From NCBI GenBank assembly GCA_963844355.1, contig CAWJNY010000007.1, positions 498,730 through 562,729 of the forward strand: a stretch of DNA of 64,000 bases, read 5' to 3'. The translations under genes were made by a program, and so were the position numbers. Of the stretch, positions 27,885 to 36,531 are shown one piece after another (within the stretch, counting starts at the first letter, position 1; each line of letters opens with the position of its first letter). The stretch comes from an uncultured Alphaproteobacteria bacterium. Lineage in GTDB: Bacteria > Pseudomonadota > Alphaproteobacteria > Sphingomonadales > Sphingomonadaceae. A model generated the notes under the pieces. That model had not been told where the DNA came from and did not search any database. It worked only from the letters and a program-made list of their open reading frames with translations.

Positions 27885-28901
27885 ATGCCCAATCTGCCCC
27901 AAATCCAGTCGCATTTCGCTTTCATTGTCGGCGCCCCTCGCTGCGGCACCACCACGCTGGCGAGCTTCCTCCAGCAACATCCCGACGTTTGCTTCTCGGC
28001 GGTCAAGGAACCTCACTTCTTTTCGCGAGATGAAGTTGCCGCTCTGCCCCAAGATCAGTTGCGAGAGGTAGTTGCGCAGGAATATTGGCAACGGTTCTTC
28101 GGCCACTGCGAAGGCGAGCCTCAACTCTACGCCGAAGGATCCGTGACCTATCTTTACGTGCCTGAGCGGATGGAACCGATCCTCGATCTTTGGCCGGACG
28201 CGAAATTCGTCATTGCCCTGCGCGATCCGCTATCCATGCTGCCGTCACTCCATGCGCGCCTTCTGGTCACGGGCGACGAGACGATCCGCGATTTCCCCAC
28301 CGCCTGGGGCAAAATCGATGAGCGGGCCCAGGGCAAGTCGATCCCCAAGCGCGCCGCCGATCCGCGCTGGCTGCGCTACGACCGCGCCGGCCTGCTGGGT
28401 CAGAGCGTCGAACGCTTCTTCGCCACCGTTGGCCGGGCGCGCTGCCATGTCGTGCTGTTCGACGATCTTATCGCCGATCCGCAGGGCACCTACCAAGAGC
28501 TGTGCCGCTTCCTGGAAATCGAACCCTGGCCCGGCACTGATTTCGGGGCGCAGCGGGTCAACAAGACCATTCGCATCGGCTGGCTGCAGCGGCTTCTCAA
28601 GCGCCCCCCCAAGGCGATCCGTACCGCGCTCGCCGGTGAACATTTCCACAAGCGCGAGAAGAAGGTCGGCACGACCGAAAGCCGGGCACTGGCAGCCTTC
28701 TTCCGGTTCCGCAAGCGGCTGCTTAAATGGAATAAAGTCTCGATCAAGCGCCAGCCGCTTGATTCCGGAGTTCGGCAGCAGATCATCGACCGCCTCCGTG
28801 ACGACGTGATCCTGCTGTCAAAAGTCATAGATCGGGATCTCAGCCATTGGCTGGGCGGTGTGCCGGAAGCCAAGCCGCGTAAGGAAGCGGTCAGCGCCTA
28901 G
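27885..28901 (+). CDS. Sulfotransferase family protein
   Basis: [16 protein letters not shown]-binding loop, KEPHFF, LRDP..S motif. Confidence 0.9.
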   Translation: MPNLPQIQSHFAFIVGAPRCGTTTLASFLQQHPDVCFSAVKEPHFFSRDEVAALPQDQLREVVAQEYWQRFFGHCEGEPQLYAEGSVTYLYVPERMEPILDLWPDAKFVIALRDPLSMLPSLHARLLVTGDETIRDFPTAWGKIDERAQGKSIPKRAADPRWLRYDRAGLLGQSVERFFATVGRARCHVVLFDDLIADPQGTYQELCRFLEIEPWPGTDFGAQRVNKTIRIGWLQRLLKRPPKAIRTALAGEHFHKREKKVGTTESRALAAFFRFRKRLLKWNKVSIKRQPLDSGVRQQIIDRLRDDVILLSKVIDRDLSHWLGGVPEAKPRKEAVSA

Positions 28902-29010
28902 GAAGCAGCAGGGAGCTGTCGCCATAGCTGTAGAATCGATAACCCTTTTCGATGGCATGGGCATAAGCCGACTTCATAACGTCGAGACCCATCAGCGCGC
29001 TGACCAGCAT
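28891..29010 (-). pseudogene. queA: Displaced 3' fragment of queA (39 codons)
   Basis: Translates [39 protein letters not shown], 32/39 aa identical to the C-terminus of the intact QueA. Confidence 0.92.
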
Positions 29011-29440
29011 TACGAAGGCAGGGGAAGCCTTTCGTAAAAGGCTAACAATTCAAGTGTTTAGTATTGCCTTGTGGCGCGTCCCTTTGGCTTACCCAGCGAC
29101 GACCCAAGGCGCAAACAGTGCGGGGAATGCCTTTTTCCTATGGAAAGCACTTTGGGCCAATCGCCGGCCGGAATCTGACCCCGTGCATACCCACGGGCGG
29201 TATGGCTGGTTTCCACCCTTTCTGGCCACAACCTACCCCAGGCGGACAGTCTTTGCCCTGTGGTGGCGCATCAAACAGGCGATCGGCAGCATTACGGTGT
29301 GAGTTTCGGCATCGCCCTTTCCAACGCCGGACTTTCTACGTCGACAACCATCATCCGGCCCGAGAAAATCCGTGCGATCTTTTCCTTGGCGCTTTTGTTA
29401 AACGCTGAGTAAATGATCCGAATGTCGGGAGAAGCGCCGA

Positions 29441-31198
29441 ATGACGGACGTTTTCGTCTCTTACGGGCGATCGAGTGAGCCGGAGGCGATAAAAATCGCC
29501 AGCGCCCTGCGTTCGAAGGGGTACCAGGTTTGGCGCGACGACGAAATTCCGGCGAACCGCGCGTACAGCGAGGTAATCGACGAACAGCTAGCGACGGCGA
29601 GGGCTGTCATAGTCGTTTGGTCGGCGGAGGCAGCCAAGTCGCACTGGGTGCGGGCCGAGGCCGACCGAGCTCGCGAAGCCGGCACTCTGATCCAAGTCAC
29701 GGTCGACGGAACGCTGCCACCGCTTCCCTTTAATCAGATCCAGTGCGGTGATCTGGCCGGCTGGAGCGGCGACGTCGGCTCGGATGCTTGGAAGAAGCTC
29801 GAAAGCGCAGTCGCAGCGCTGGTCGGGGAACGCGATCCTGCCGCGGCCGAAAAGGGCCAAAAGGAGCGAAGGTTTTCGATTTGCGTCCTCCCGTTCATCA
29901 ACATGAGCGGGGATCCGGAACAGGAATATTTTAGCGACGGCATTACCGAAGACATCATAACCGATCTGTCGCAAATTTCCGCTTTATCCGTGGTAGCCCG
30001 CAATACGTCGTTTGCCTTCAAAGGCAGCGCCCAACACGTGACGAAAATTGCCCGCGAACTCAACGTCACGCATGTCCTTGAAGGCAGCGTCCGCAAGGCG
30101 GGGAGTAGAGTCCGCATTAATGCCCAGTTGATTGACGGCGTTGTCGGCGATCATATCTGGGCTCAGCGGTACGATCGCGACCTCACCGACATCTTCGCGA
30201 TTTAGGATGAAATCTCCAAGGCAATCGTCGCCGCGCTCAAGCTTAGGCTTCTGCCGGAAGAAAAGAAGGCGCTTGAACATCGTGGCACTTCAAGCGCCGA
30301 GGCTTACAATCTCTATCTGATGGCGCGCGAGCTCTGGGTCAGTGGCAGCTTCGGCGATATTCGGCGCGATGAAACGATTGTGCGTATTTGTGAGCAGGCA
30401 ACGGCGCTCGACCCAAATTATGCGAAGGCATGGGCATTGATTGCGCTGGCGCAAACGGAACTGCGCTTCTGGCACGAGAAACCCGAGGATGCGCTTTCGA
30501 CCGCCGAGCGAGCATTAGCGATCGATCCGAATGTGCCGGAGGCGCATTGTGTCCGCGCGCGCTATCTCAGTGAACAAGAGCAGTTCGAGGAAGCCAACGA
30601 TCAGATCGCCATCGCCCTGCGCCTCGATCCGGACTTATGGGAAGTCAACCGCGAGGCCGCAAGGCTGATCTTTCGGCAGGGGAGAATCCAGGACGCAATT
30701 CCTTTTTTCCAAAGAGCGGTCGAACTGATGGAAACGGATTACAACAACGCAAATATGCTTTTGTGCTGTTACGCGGGTCTCGGCGACAAGGCTGGAGAAG
30801 AACGGGCCGCCCGAACTGCATTGGAACGCGTTGAGAGCGTCATTGCGAAGGAACCGACAAATGGATCGGCGCTTGCTGTGGGTGCCACTGCGCTTGCGGC
30901 GCTCGGGCAATCTGATCGAGCCAGCGAGTGGATTTAGCGCGCGTTACTCGTAGCGCCTGATAATCTCACAATGCGATACAATTTGGGCTGCCTCTATTCC
31001 GCGCATCTTGGCGACGCTGATGCCGCGGTGAACGTCCTAGCACCGTTTTTTGACAAGATTCGGAGTCTCTCGCATCTCAGCCATTCAGATGTGGACCCGG
31101 ACCTAGATCTGCTGAGGGACGATCCACGTTTCCAGAAGATGGTCGCCGATGCCAAGGCGAGGTTGGTTGATGCTCCGGAACTGATTTCGACAATTTAA
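29441..31198 (+). pseudogene. TIR + TolB-like N-terminal + TPR protein with two in-frame TAG codons
   Basis: DVFVSY, SHWVRAE (TIR); VLPFINMSGDPEQEYFSDGITEDII; TPRs; a single frame over 586 codons with TAG at 30203-30205 and 30935-30937. Confidence 0.85.
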
Positions 31199-31411
31199 TT
31201 CGAGCGCCTGGCTAACCCCCGCATAGTATCGTCAGATCGTTGTAGCGAGCTCTGCGGGTGTCCGCTTTCCACCCATTCCTGAAGCCGAGTGTCTGCTTTC
31301 AACCCAAAGCTGCTATTCGTGCTTACCGGACGAGCCCAAACCTTACCCAAGCGCGACCCAAAGGTTTACGCGGTTTGTGTAGGACGCACTGAGTTTGCCT
31401 TGTGGACGGCA

Positions 31412-31460
31412 TGGTGCCGCTTAGGTGACTCGAACACCTGACCCCATCATTACGAATGAT
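31412..31460 (-). other. 3' fragment of tRNA-Thr(CGT), att-like
   Basis: Reverse complement ATCATT-CGT-AATGATGGGGTCAGGTGTTCGAGTCACCTAAGCGGCACCA: anticodon arm, T-arm and CCA present; D-arm and 5' acceptor strand absent. Confidence 0.88.
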
Positions 31461-31506
31461 TGGGCCTTAGGAACGAACGTAAAGCCGTTCGCCCATCATC
31501 GACCCA

Positions 31507-32544
31507 TCACGACGCTCTTTCCGGAAGCAACAGCGACGCATCCCCGTAAGAGTAGAAACGGTAGTTGTTTTCGATGGCATGGGCGTAAGCCTCTTTCATA
31601 CGCTCCAACCCCATCAGCGCTGAGACCAGCATGAACAGGGTCGATTTCGGCAGGTGGAAATTGGTCATCAGCCCGTCGACCGCCTTGAACTGATAGCCGG
31701 GCGTGATGAAGATCGCCGTGTCGCCTTCGAATGGATTGATCGTGCCCTCGTTATCGGCTGCGCTCTCGATCAAGCGCAACGACGTCGTCCCGACCGCGAT
31801 CAGTCGTCCCCCAGCCGCCCGCGCCGCGTTGAGCCGGTGGGCAGTGGCCTCGTCGATCCGCCCCCATTCGCTATGCATTTTGTGACTGGCCGTGTCTTCG
31901 CTCTTGACCGGCAGGAAGGTACCGGCCCCGACATGGAGCGTCAGAGTCTCTCGCTTGACCCCATGTTGATCGAGCGCCGTGATCAGCCGATCGGTGAAAT
32001 GCAGCGCCGCGGTCGGTGCTGCGACCGCCCCGGATTCGCGAGCGAATAAGGTCTGGTAATCGTCACGATCGGCTTCGTCGGTCGGACGCTTGCCTGCGAT
32101 GTAAGGTGGAAGCGGCATATTGCCGGCGCGATCCAGCATCGTCTCGACCGGCTCGTCCCCATGGAAATGGAGCAGGATCGCTCCCTCGTCATCTCGCCCG
32201 ACCGCGCTCGCCTTCACTCCCGCGCCAAACTCGATCAGATCGCCGTCGCGAATCCGCTTGGCATTGCGGATGAAGGCCCACCATTCGCGCAGGGATTCGC
32301 GCTTGTGCAGCGTTGCACCGACCCGGGCCTCTCCCCGCACGCCTTCAAGTTGAGCGGGAATGACGCGGGTGTCGTTGAAGACGAGCACATCGCCGGGCCG
32401 TAGGATGCTGGGCAGATCGAGCACATGGCGATCCGTCAGCGTCTCGCCTTCGACCAGCAGCATGCGAGCCGCATCCCGCGGCCGCGCAGGGCGGAGTGCA
32501 ATGCGGTCTTGCGGGAGGTCGAAATCGAAAAGGTCGACGCGCAT
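31507..32544 (-). CDS. queA: S-adenosylmethionine:tRNA ribosyltransferase-isomerase
   Basis: [61 protein letters not shown]. Confidence 0.98.
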   Translation of the reverse strand: MRVDLFDFDLPQDRIALRPARPRDAARMLLVEGETLTDRHVLDLPSILRPGDVLVFNDTRVIPAQLEGVRGEARVGATLHKRESLREWWAFIRNAKRIRDGDLIEFGAGVKASAVGRDDEGAILLHFHGDEPVETMLDRAGNMPLPPYIAGKRPTDEADRDDYQTLFARESGAVAAPTAALHFTDRLITALDQHGVKRETLTLHVGAGTFLPVKSEDTASHKMHSEWGRIDEATAHRLNAARAAGGRLIAVGTTSLRLIESAADNEGTINPFEGDTAIFITPGYQFKAVDGLMTNFHLPKSTLFMLVSALMGLERMKEAYAHAIENNYRFYSYGDASLLLPERAS

Positions 32545-33386
32545 TATTGCGGCGTCGAGGCCTCTTGCGGCGGATCTTCCGGTGCGGGTGCTGTTGGCTG
32601 CTCGCCTGCCGGCTGCGCAGGGGGCGCCGCGTCGGCTGACGCTGCAGGCCCCTGATCGGCATCTGCTGACGCGGGATCGGACTCCTCCGCCGGGGCTGCC
32701 GCCGAGTTGGCGGGACCCGCCGCTTGCGGCGCAGTCTGTCCCGGGGCGGCGGGAGCAGCAGTGGTAGCTGCGGTCGTGGCAGTGGCAGCAACGACTGGCG
32801 GCGCGGGCAAGGGCCCTCCGATGGTCGCGCGGACAATCCTGGTCGGCTCGGCCGGCGGCTCGCCTTCGGCGATCGCATCTACCGTCGCCATACCCTCGAT
32901 CACGCGGCCGAAGGCACTATATTTGTTATCCAGTATGAAACGCGGCGCGAGCATGATGAAGAACTGGCTGTTGGCGCTATCAAGCCCTTCGGCCCGCGCC
33001 ATCGAAGCGACGCCGCGCACATGCGGCAGCTTGTTGAATTCGGCCGGCACGTCGGGCAGCTTCGACCCGCCGCTGCCATTACCCGCCGGATCGCCGCCTT
33101 GGGCCATGAAGCCCGGAATAACGCGATGGAAGACCAGGCCATTGTAAAAACCGGCCGTGGTCAGCTGCTGGATTCTGTAGACATGCTGGGGCGCGAGGTC
33201 CGGTCGGAGCTGGATGACCACCTTGCCGCCGTTGGACAGCTCGAGCGTCCATTTGTTGGCCGGGTCGGCGGTGACTTCGGCCGGAACCGCCATTACCGAG
33301 ACAGGGGGTACAAGAGGCGCTGCAGCCGGCTTGGCCGCGATCAACGCCAGGCTGAGAAAAGGCAACGCAATCAAACGCTTGTTCAT
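32544..33386 (-). CDS. Cyclophilin-type peptidyl-prolyl isomerase, secreted, Ala/Pro-rich tail
   Basis: [33 protein letters not shown]. Confidence 0.95.
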   Translation of the reverse strand: MNKRLIALPFLSLALIAAKPAAAPLVPPVSVMAVPAEVTADPANKWTLELSNGGKVVIQLRPDLAPQHVYRIQQLTTAGFYNGLVFHRVIPGFMAQGGDPAGNGSGGSKLPDVPAEFNKLPHVRGVASMARAEGLDSANSQFFIMLAPRFILDNKYSAFGRVIEGMATVDAIAEGEPPAEPTRIVRATIGGPLPAPPVVAATATTAATTAAPAAPGQTAPQAAGPANSAAAPAEESDPASADADQGPAASADAAPPAQPAGEQPTAPAPEDPPQEASTPQ

Positions 33387-33445
33387 GTCCAACTCCACCC
33401 CTTGGCGCGGCACCGACTATCCCAGGGAGATCACCAGCGCCAGTG

Positions 33446-33937
33446 CTATTTCAGCTTCGCCGCCACGTCCTCCGCGACTGCGGGAGTAACGAACTTGTCG
33501 ATCGCACCGCCATAGCGGGCGATTTCTTTCACCAGCCTTGACGCGATTGGCTGCAACGACACATCCGCCATCAGGAAGACGGTTTCTATATTGTCGTTAA
33601 GCTGCTGGTTCATTCCCGCCATCTGATACTCATATTCGAAATCGGCGACGGCTCGAAGGCCGCGCAAAATGAGGCTGGCGCCTTGCTGCTCGGCGAAATC
33701 CATCAGCAGGGAATCGAACTCTACCACCGTCACGCCAACTACGTCCGACACTTCGCGTTTCACTATTTCCAACCGTTCCGCGACGGAGAACATAGGCTCT
33801 TTCGAGGGATTGGTGGTCACACCGATGACCAGCCGGTCGACCAGATGGACGCCGCGGCGAATGATATCGAGGTGACCGAGCGTGATCGGATCAAAGGTTC
33901 CGGGATAGACGCCGATGCGCTGTTTCGTTGCCATCAC
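33446..33937 (-). CDS. coaD: Pantetheine-phosphate adenylyltransferase
   Basis: YPGTFDPITLGHLDII, RGLRAVADFEYE. Confidence 0.98.
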   Translation of the reverse strand: MMATKQRIGVYPGTFDPITLGHLDIIRRGVHLVDRLVIGVTTNPSKEPMFSVAERLEIVKREVSDVVGVTVVEFDSLLMDFAEQQGASLILRGLRAVADFEYEYQMAGMNQQLNDNIETVFLMADVSLQPIASRLVKEIARYGGAIDKFVTPAVAEDVAAKLK

Positions 33938-34845
33938 CTATCCCTTTCCTGGACGTAGCGAGCGACGGCGCGGAGCAGGTCCGCCTCTTCGCCATGATGG
34001 TCGAGATGCTCGATCGCCTGGGTGATCAGAAAGGCGCACTGCTGCCGCGCCCGATCCTCGCCCAGCAACGAGACAAATGTCGCCTTGCCGGCGCCCGCGT
34101 CCTTGCGCAGCCGCTTGCCGGCGGTTTCCTCGTCGCCGGCATGGTCAAGCAAGTCGTCGGCGATCTGGAAGGCCAGGCCGATATCCCGGGCATAGCCGCG
34201 ATAGGGCGTCCGGGAGTCGGCCGGGATCCGGCCCATGATGCAGGCTGACTCGACCGCAAACTCGATCAGCGCGCCGGTCTTTAGCTGCTGCAATCTGGTG
34301 ATCGCTCCCATGTCGAGATCCTGACCTTCTGCCACCAGGTCGAGCATCTGCCCGCCCGCCATCCCGTTCGGGCCTGACGCGCGGGCCATTTCGAGCACCA
34401 GCTCGGCGCGGACGAACGGATCTTCATGAGTTGCCGTGTCGGATAGTATCTCGAACGCCAGGTCGTGAAAGCAGTCGCCGGCCAGAACCGCGGTGGCTTC
34501 GCCGAATGCCCGATGAACGGTCGGCTTGCCGCGGCGAAGATCGTCGTCATCCATGCAAGGCAGGTCATCATGGATCAGCGAATAGACGTGAACCGCCTCG
34601 ATCGCGGCCCCGGCACGGATTGCCCGATCCTCGGCCAGCCCGAAAAGCCTGCCGGCGGCGACAGTCAGCAGCGGCCGAACCCGCTTGCCGCCGCCCAGCC
34701 CAGCATGGCGCATCGCCTCGAACAGGCGGTCGCGGCCGTCGCCCGGGCCGACAAGATAGTGGGAGAAGATATTCTCGACTTTGGTCGCGATCCGGTTCGC
34801 CTCGGCCCGTAGCTCGGCGTCGGTCACGCCGCTCTCAAGCAGCAT
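33934..34845 (-). CDS. ispA: Farnesyl diphosphate synthase (polyprenyl synthetase)
   Basis: GGKRVRP, SLIHDDLPCMDDDDLRRGKPT, FQIADDLLD; follows xseB. Confidence 0.93.
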   Translation of the reverse strand: MLLESGVTDAELRAEANRIATKVENIFSHYLVGPGDGRDRLFEAMRHAGLGGGKRVRPLLTVAAGRLFGLAEDRAIRAGAAIEAVHVYSLIHDDLPCMDDDDLRRGKPTVHRAFGEATAVLAGDCFHDLAFEILSDTATHEDPFVRAELVLEMARASGPNGMAGGQMLDLVAEGQDLDMGAITRLQQLKTGALIEFAVESACIMGRIPADSRTPYRGYARDIGLAFQIADDLLDHAGDEETAGKRLRKDAGAGKATFVSLLGEDRARQQCAFLITQAIEHLDHHGEEADLLRAVARYVQERDR

Positions 34846-35077
34846 CGAACGGCTTCACGCCCTGCGGCTGACCGTCTGGAGAGAGCGCAATCTGCTCGAT
34901 CCTGGCCTGGGCGGCCTTGAGGCGAGCCTCGCAATGCCTCTTCAGCCGATCGCCACGCTGGTACAGTTCGATCAATTCATCGAGGGGCGCCTGTCCCTGC
35001 TCGAGGCTTCGTACGATTTGTTCAAGCTCAGCCAGAGCGGCCTCGAAACTCATCTGCTCGATGTCGACCTGATCCAT
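34835..35077 (-). CDS. xseB: Exodeoxyribonuclease VII small subunit
   Basis: MSFEAALAELEQIVRSLEQG..PLDE...LYQRG. Confidence 0.96.
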   Translation of the reverse strand: MDQVDIEQMSFEAALAELEQIVRSLEQGQAPLDELIELYQRGDRLKRHCEARLKAAQARIEQIALSPDGQPQGVKPFDAA

Positions 35078-35109
35078 TGGTCAGCTTTTGGGCCCTGGGT
35101 CTCGCCAAA

Positions 35110-35817
35110 TCAACGCTTGAACGGATCCTTGATGCCGGGAACGATCTCGTCCGCGGCGGCTTCCACGCCTTGGCTCTCCGCGTCAGCAGCCGCAAGCGCG
35201 GCCTCAGCATCCCGATGATGCTGGTCGCGTTCGGCGCGCAATTGCTCGATCAGCGCCTCGCGGTCGCTGGCCAGTCGCTCGTCAACCGGGGCCGCAGTGC
35301 CAGCAGCCTTTTGCGCCTTGGCGACTGCCGCATCCAGCTCACGCTGGCTGGTGAGGCCCAGGGTCACCGGATCCTTGGGCTGGATATTGGCCATGTTCCA
35401 GTGGGTCCGCTCGCGGATCGCGGCGATGGTTGTGCGGGTGGTGCCGATCAGCTTCGAGATTTGGCCGTCCGACACTTCCGGATGATTGCGGATGATCCAG
35501 GCAATGCCGTCCGGCTTGTCCTGCCGCTTGGAGACCGGGGTGTAGCGCGGGCCCTTCGTGCGCGTAACCGGGTCGGGCGCCTTGTGCATCCGCAGGACAT
35601 AATCGGCGTCTGACTGTCCCTTCTCGATTTCCTCATGGGTCAGCTCGCCCGAACGAATCGGATCCCGGCCGGTCAGCTTGGTCGCCGCCGTATCATCCGC
35701 AATCGCCTGCACCTCGAGCACGTGCAGCCCGCAGAAATCCGCGATCTGCGAAAAGCTAAGGGACGTGTTTTCCACCAACCAGGCGGCGGTCGCATGCGGC
35801 ATCAGCGGCTGGGCCAT
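35110..35817 (-). CDS. DUF1013 family protein
   Basis: PLMPHATAAWLVENTSLSF, GPRYTPVSKRQDKPDGIAW, DPVTLGL. Confidence 0.92.
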   Translation of the reverse strand: MAQPLMPHATAAWLVENTSLSFSQIADFCGLHVLEVQAIADDTAATKLTGRDPIRSGELTHEEIEKGQSDADYVLRMHKAPDPVTRTKGPRYTPVSKRQDKPDGIAWIIRNHPEVSDGQISKLIGTTRTTIAAIRERTHWNMANIQPKDPVTLGLTSQRELDAAVAKAQKAAGTAAPVDERLASDREALIEQLRAERDQHHRDAEAALAAADAESQGVEAAADEIVPGIKDPFKR

Positions 35818-35913
35818 GTCATTCTCCACAAACAATAAGGGCCGCCCCACCGAAGGAGCGGCCAGTCATTGGTTGCGCGTCTAATCCCGCCCTGCGGTCA
35901 GGGCAAGAAGAGT

Positions 35914-36531
35914 CTAATCATTCAGCCCGACATGCTCTGGCAGAAGCATGATCCGCTCCATCCAGCGGATGATCTCCGGGTAGGCTTCCAGATCGAAGTC
36001 GGCCTCATCGGCGACATGGGTATAGGCGAACAGGCAGATGTCGGCGAGGCTGAATTGGTCGGCGACAAACCATTTCCGGCTAGCCAGATGCTTGTCCATC
36101 AGGTCGAGCGCCGCCAGGCCATTTTCACGCTTGCCGGTGATTTGCATCCGCTGCGCGTCCGTTAGGGCGTCGATCCCGACCCACCGCAGCCAGAAGCGTA
36201 GCGAAGCGACATTGGGTTCATGGTTATACTGCTCCCAGAACAACCAGCGCAGCATGTCGGCCTGGTCATAATGGCCGTCGGGGATCAACTTGCTGCCATT
36301 GGCGAGGTAGAAGCAGATGGCATTGCTTTCGGTGAGGAAGCGGTCGCCGTCCTGTAACACGGGGATGCGGCCATTGGCATTGATGTCGCGCAGGAATTCG
36401 ACCGTTCGCGTTTCGCCCTGCATGATATCGTAGTTCTTGCGCTCGAGCTCGAGGCCCAGATGCGCCGCCGTCAGCCGGATTTTGTAGCAGTTCCCGGACA
36501 GCGCATGCTCATGGAGGATCAGCCCGCTCAT
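35914..36531 (-). CDS. Glutathione S-transferase family protein
   Basis: SGNCYKIRL, GRIPVL, ESNAI, SLADICLFAYTH. Confidence 0.93.
   Translation of the reverse strand: MSGLILHEHALSGNCYKIRLTAAHLGLELERKNYDIMQGETRTVEFLRDINANGRIPVLQDGDRFLTESNAICFYLANGSKLIPDGHYDQADMLRWLFWEQYNHEPNVASLRFWLRWVGIDALTDAQRMQITGKRENGLAALDLMDKHLASRKWFVADQFSLADICLFAYTHVADEADFDLEAYPEIIRWMERIMLLPEHVGLND

Larger units (their letters stand above)
29011..31632. mobile_element. Integrase-less genomic islet integrated into the 3' end of queA
   Basis: Bounded by old and new queA tails sharing the core GACCAGCAT (29002-29010 and 31624-31632); visibly AT-richer; contains a tRNA fragment and repeats. Confidence 0.8.

Noticed and set aside
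29054..29408. ORFs of 82 and 114 aa in the islet's left flank
   Set aside because: No RBS or recognisable motifs, and they overlap the repeat/att-like sequences; probably non-coding.
31412..31460. Functional or split tRNA-Thr gene
   Set aside because: The D-arm and 5' acceptor strand are absent and no 5' half was found in the window; it is better read as an att remnant.
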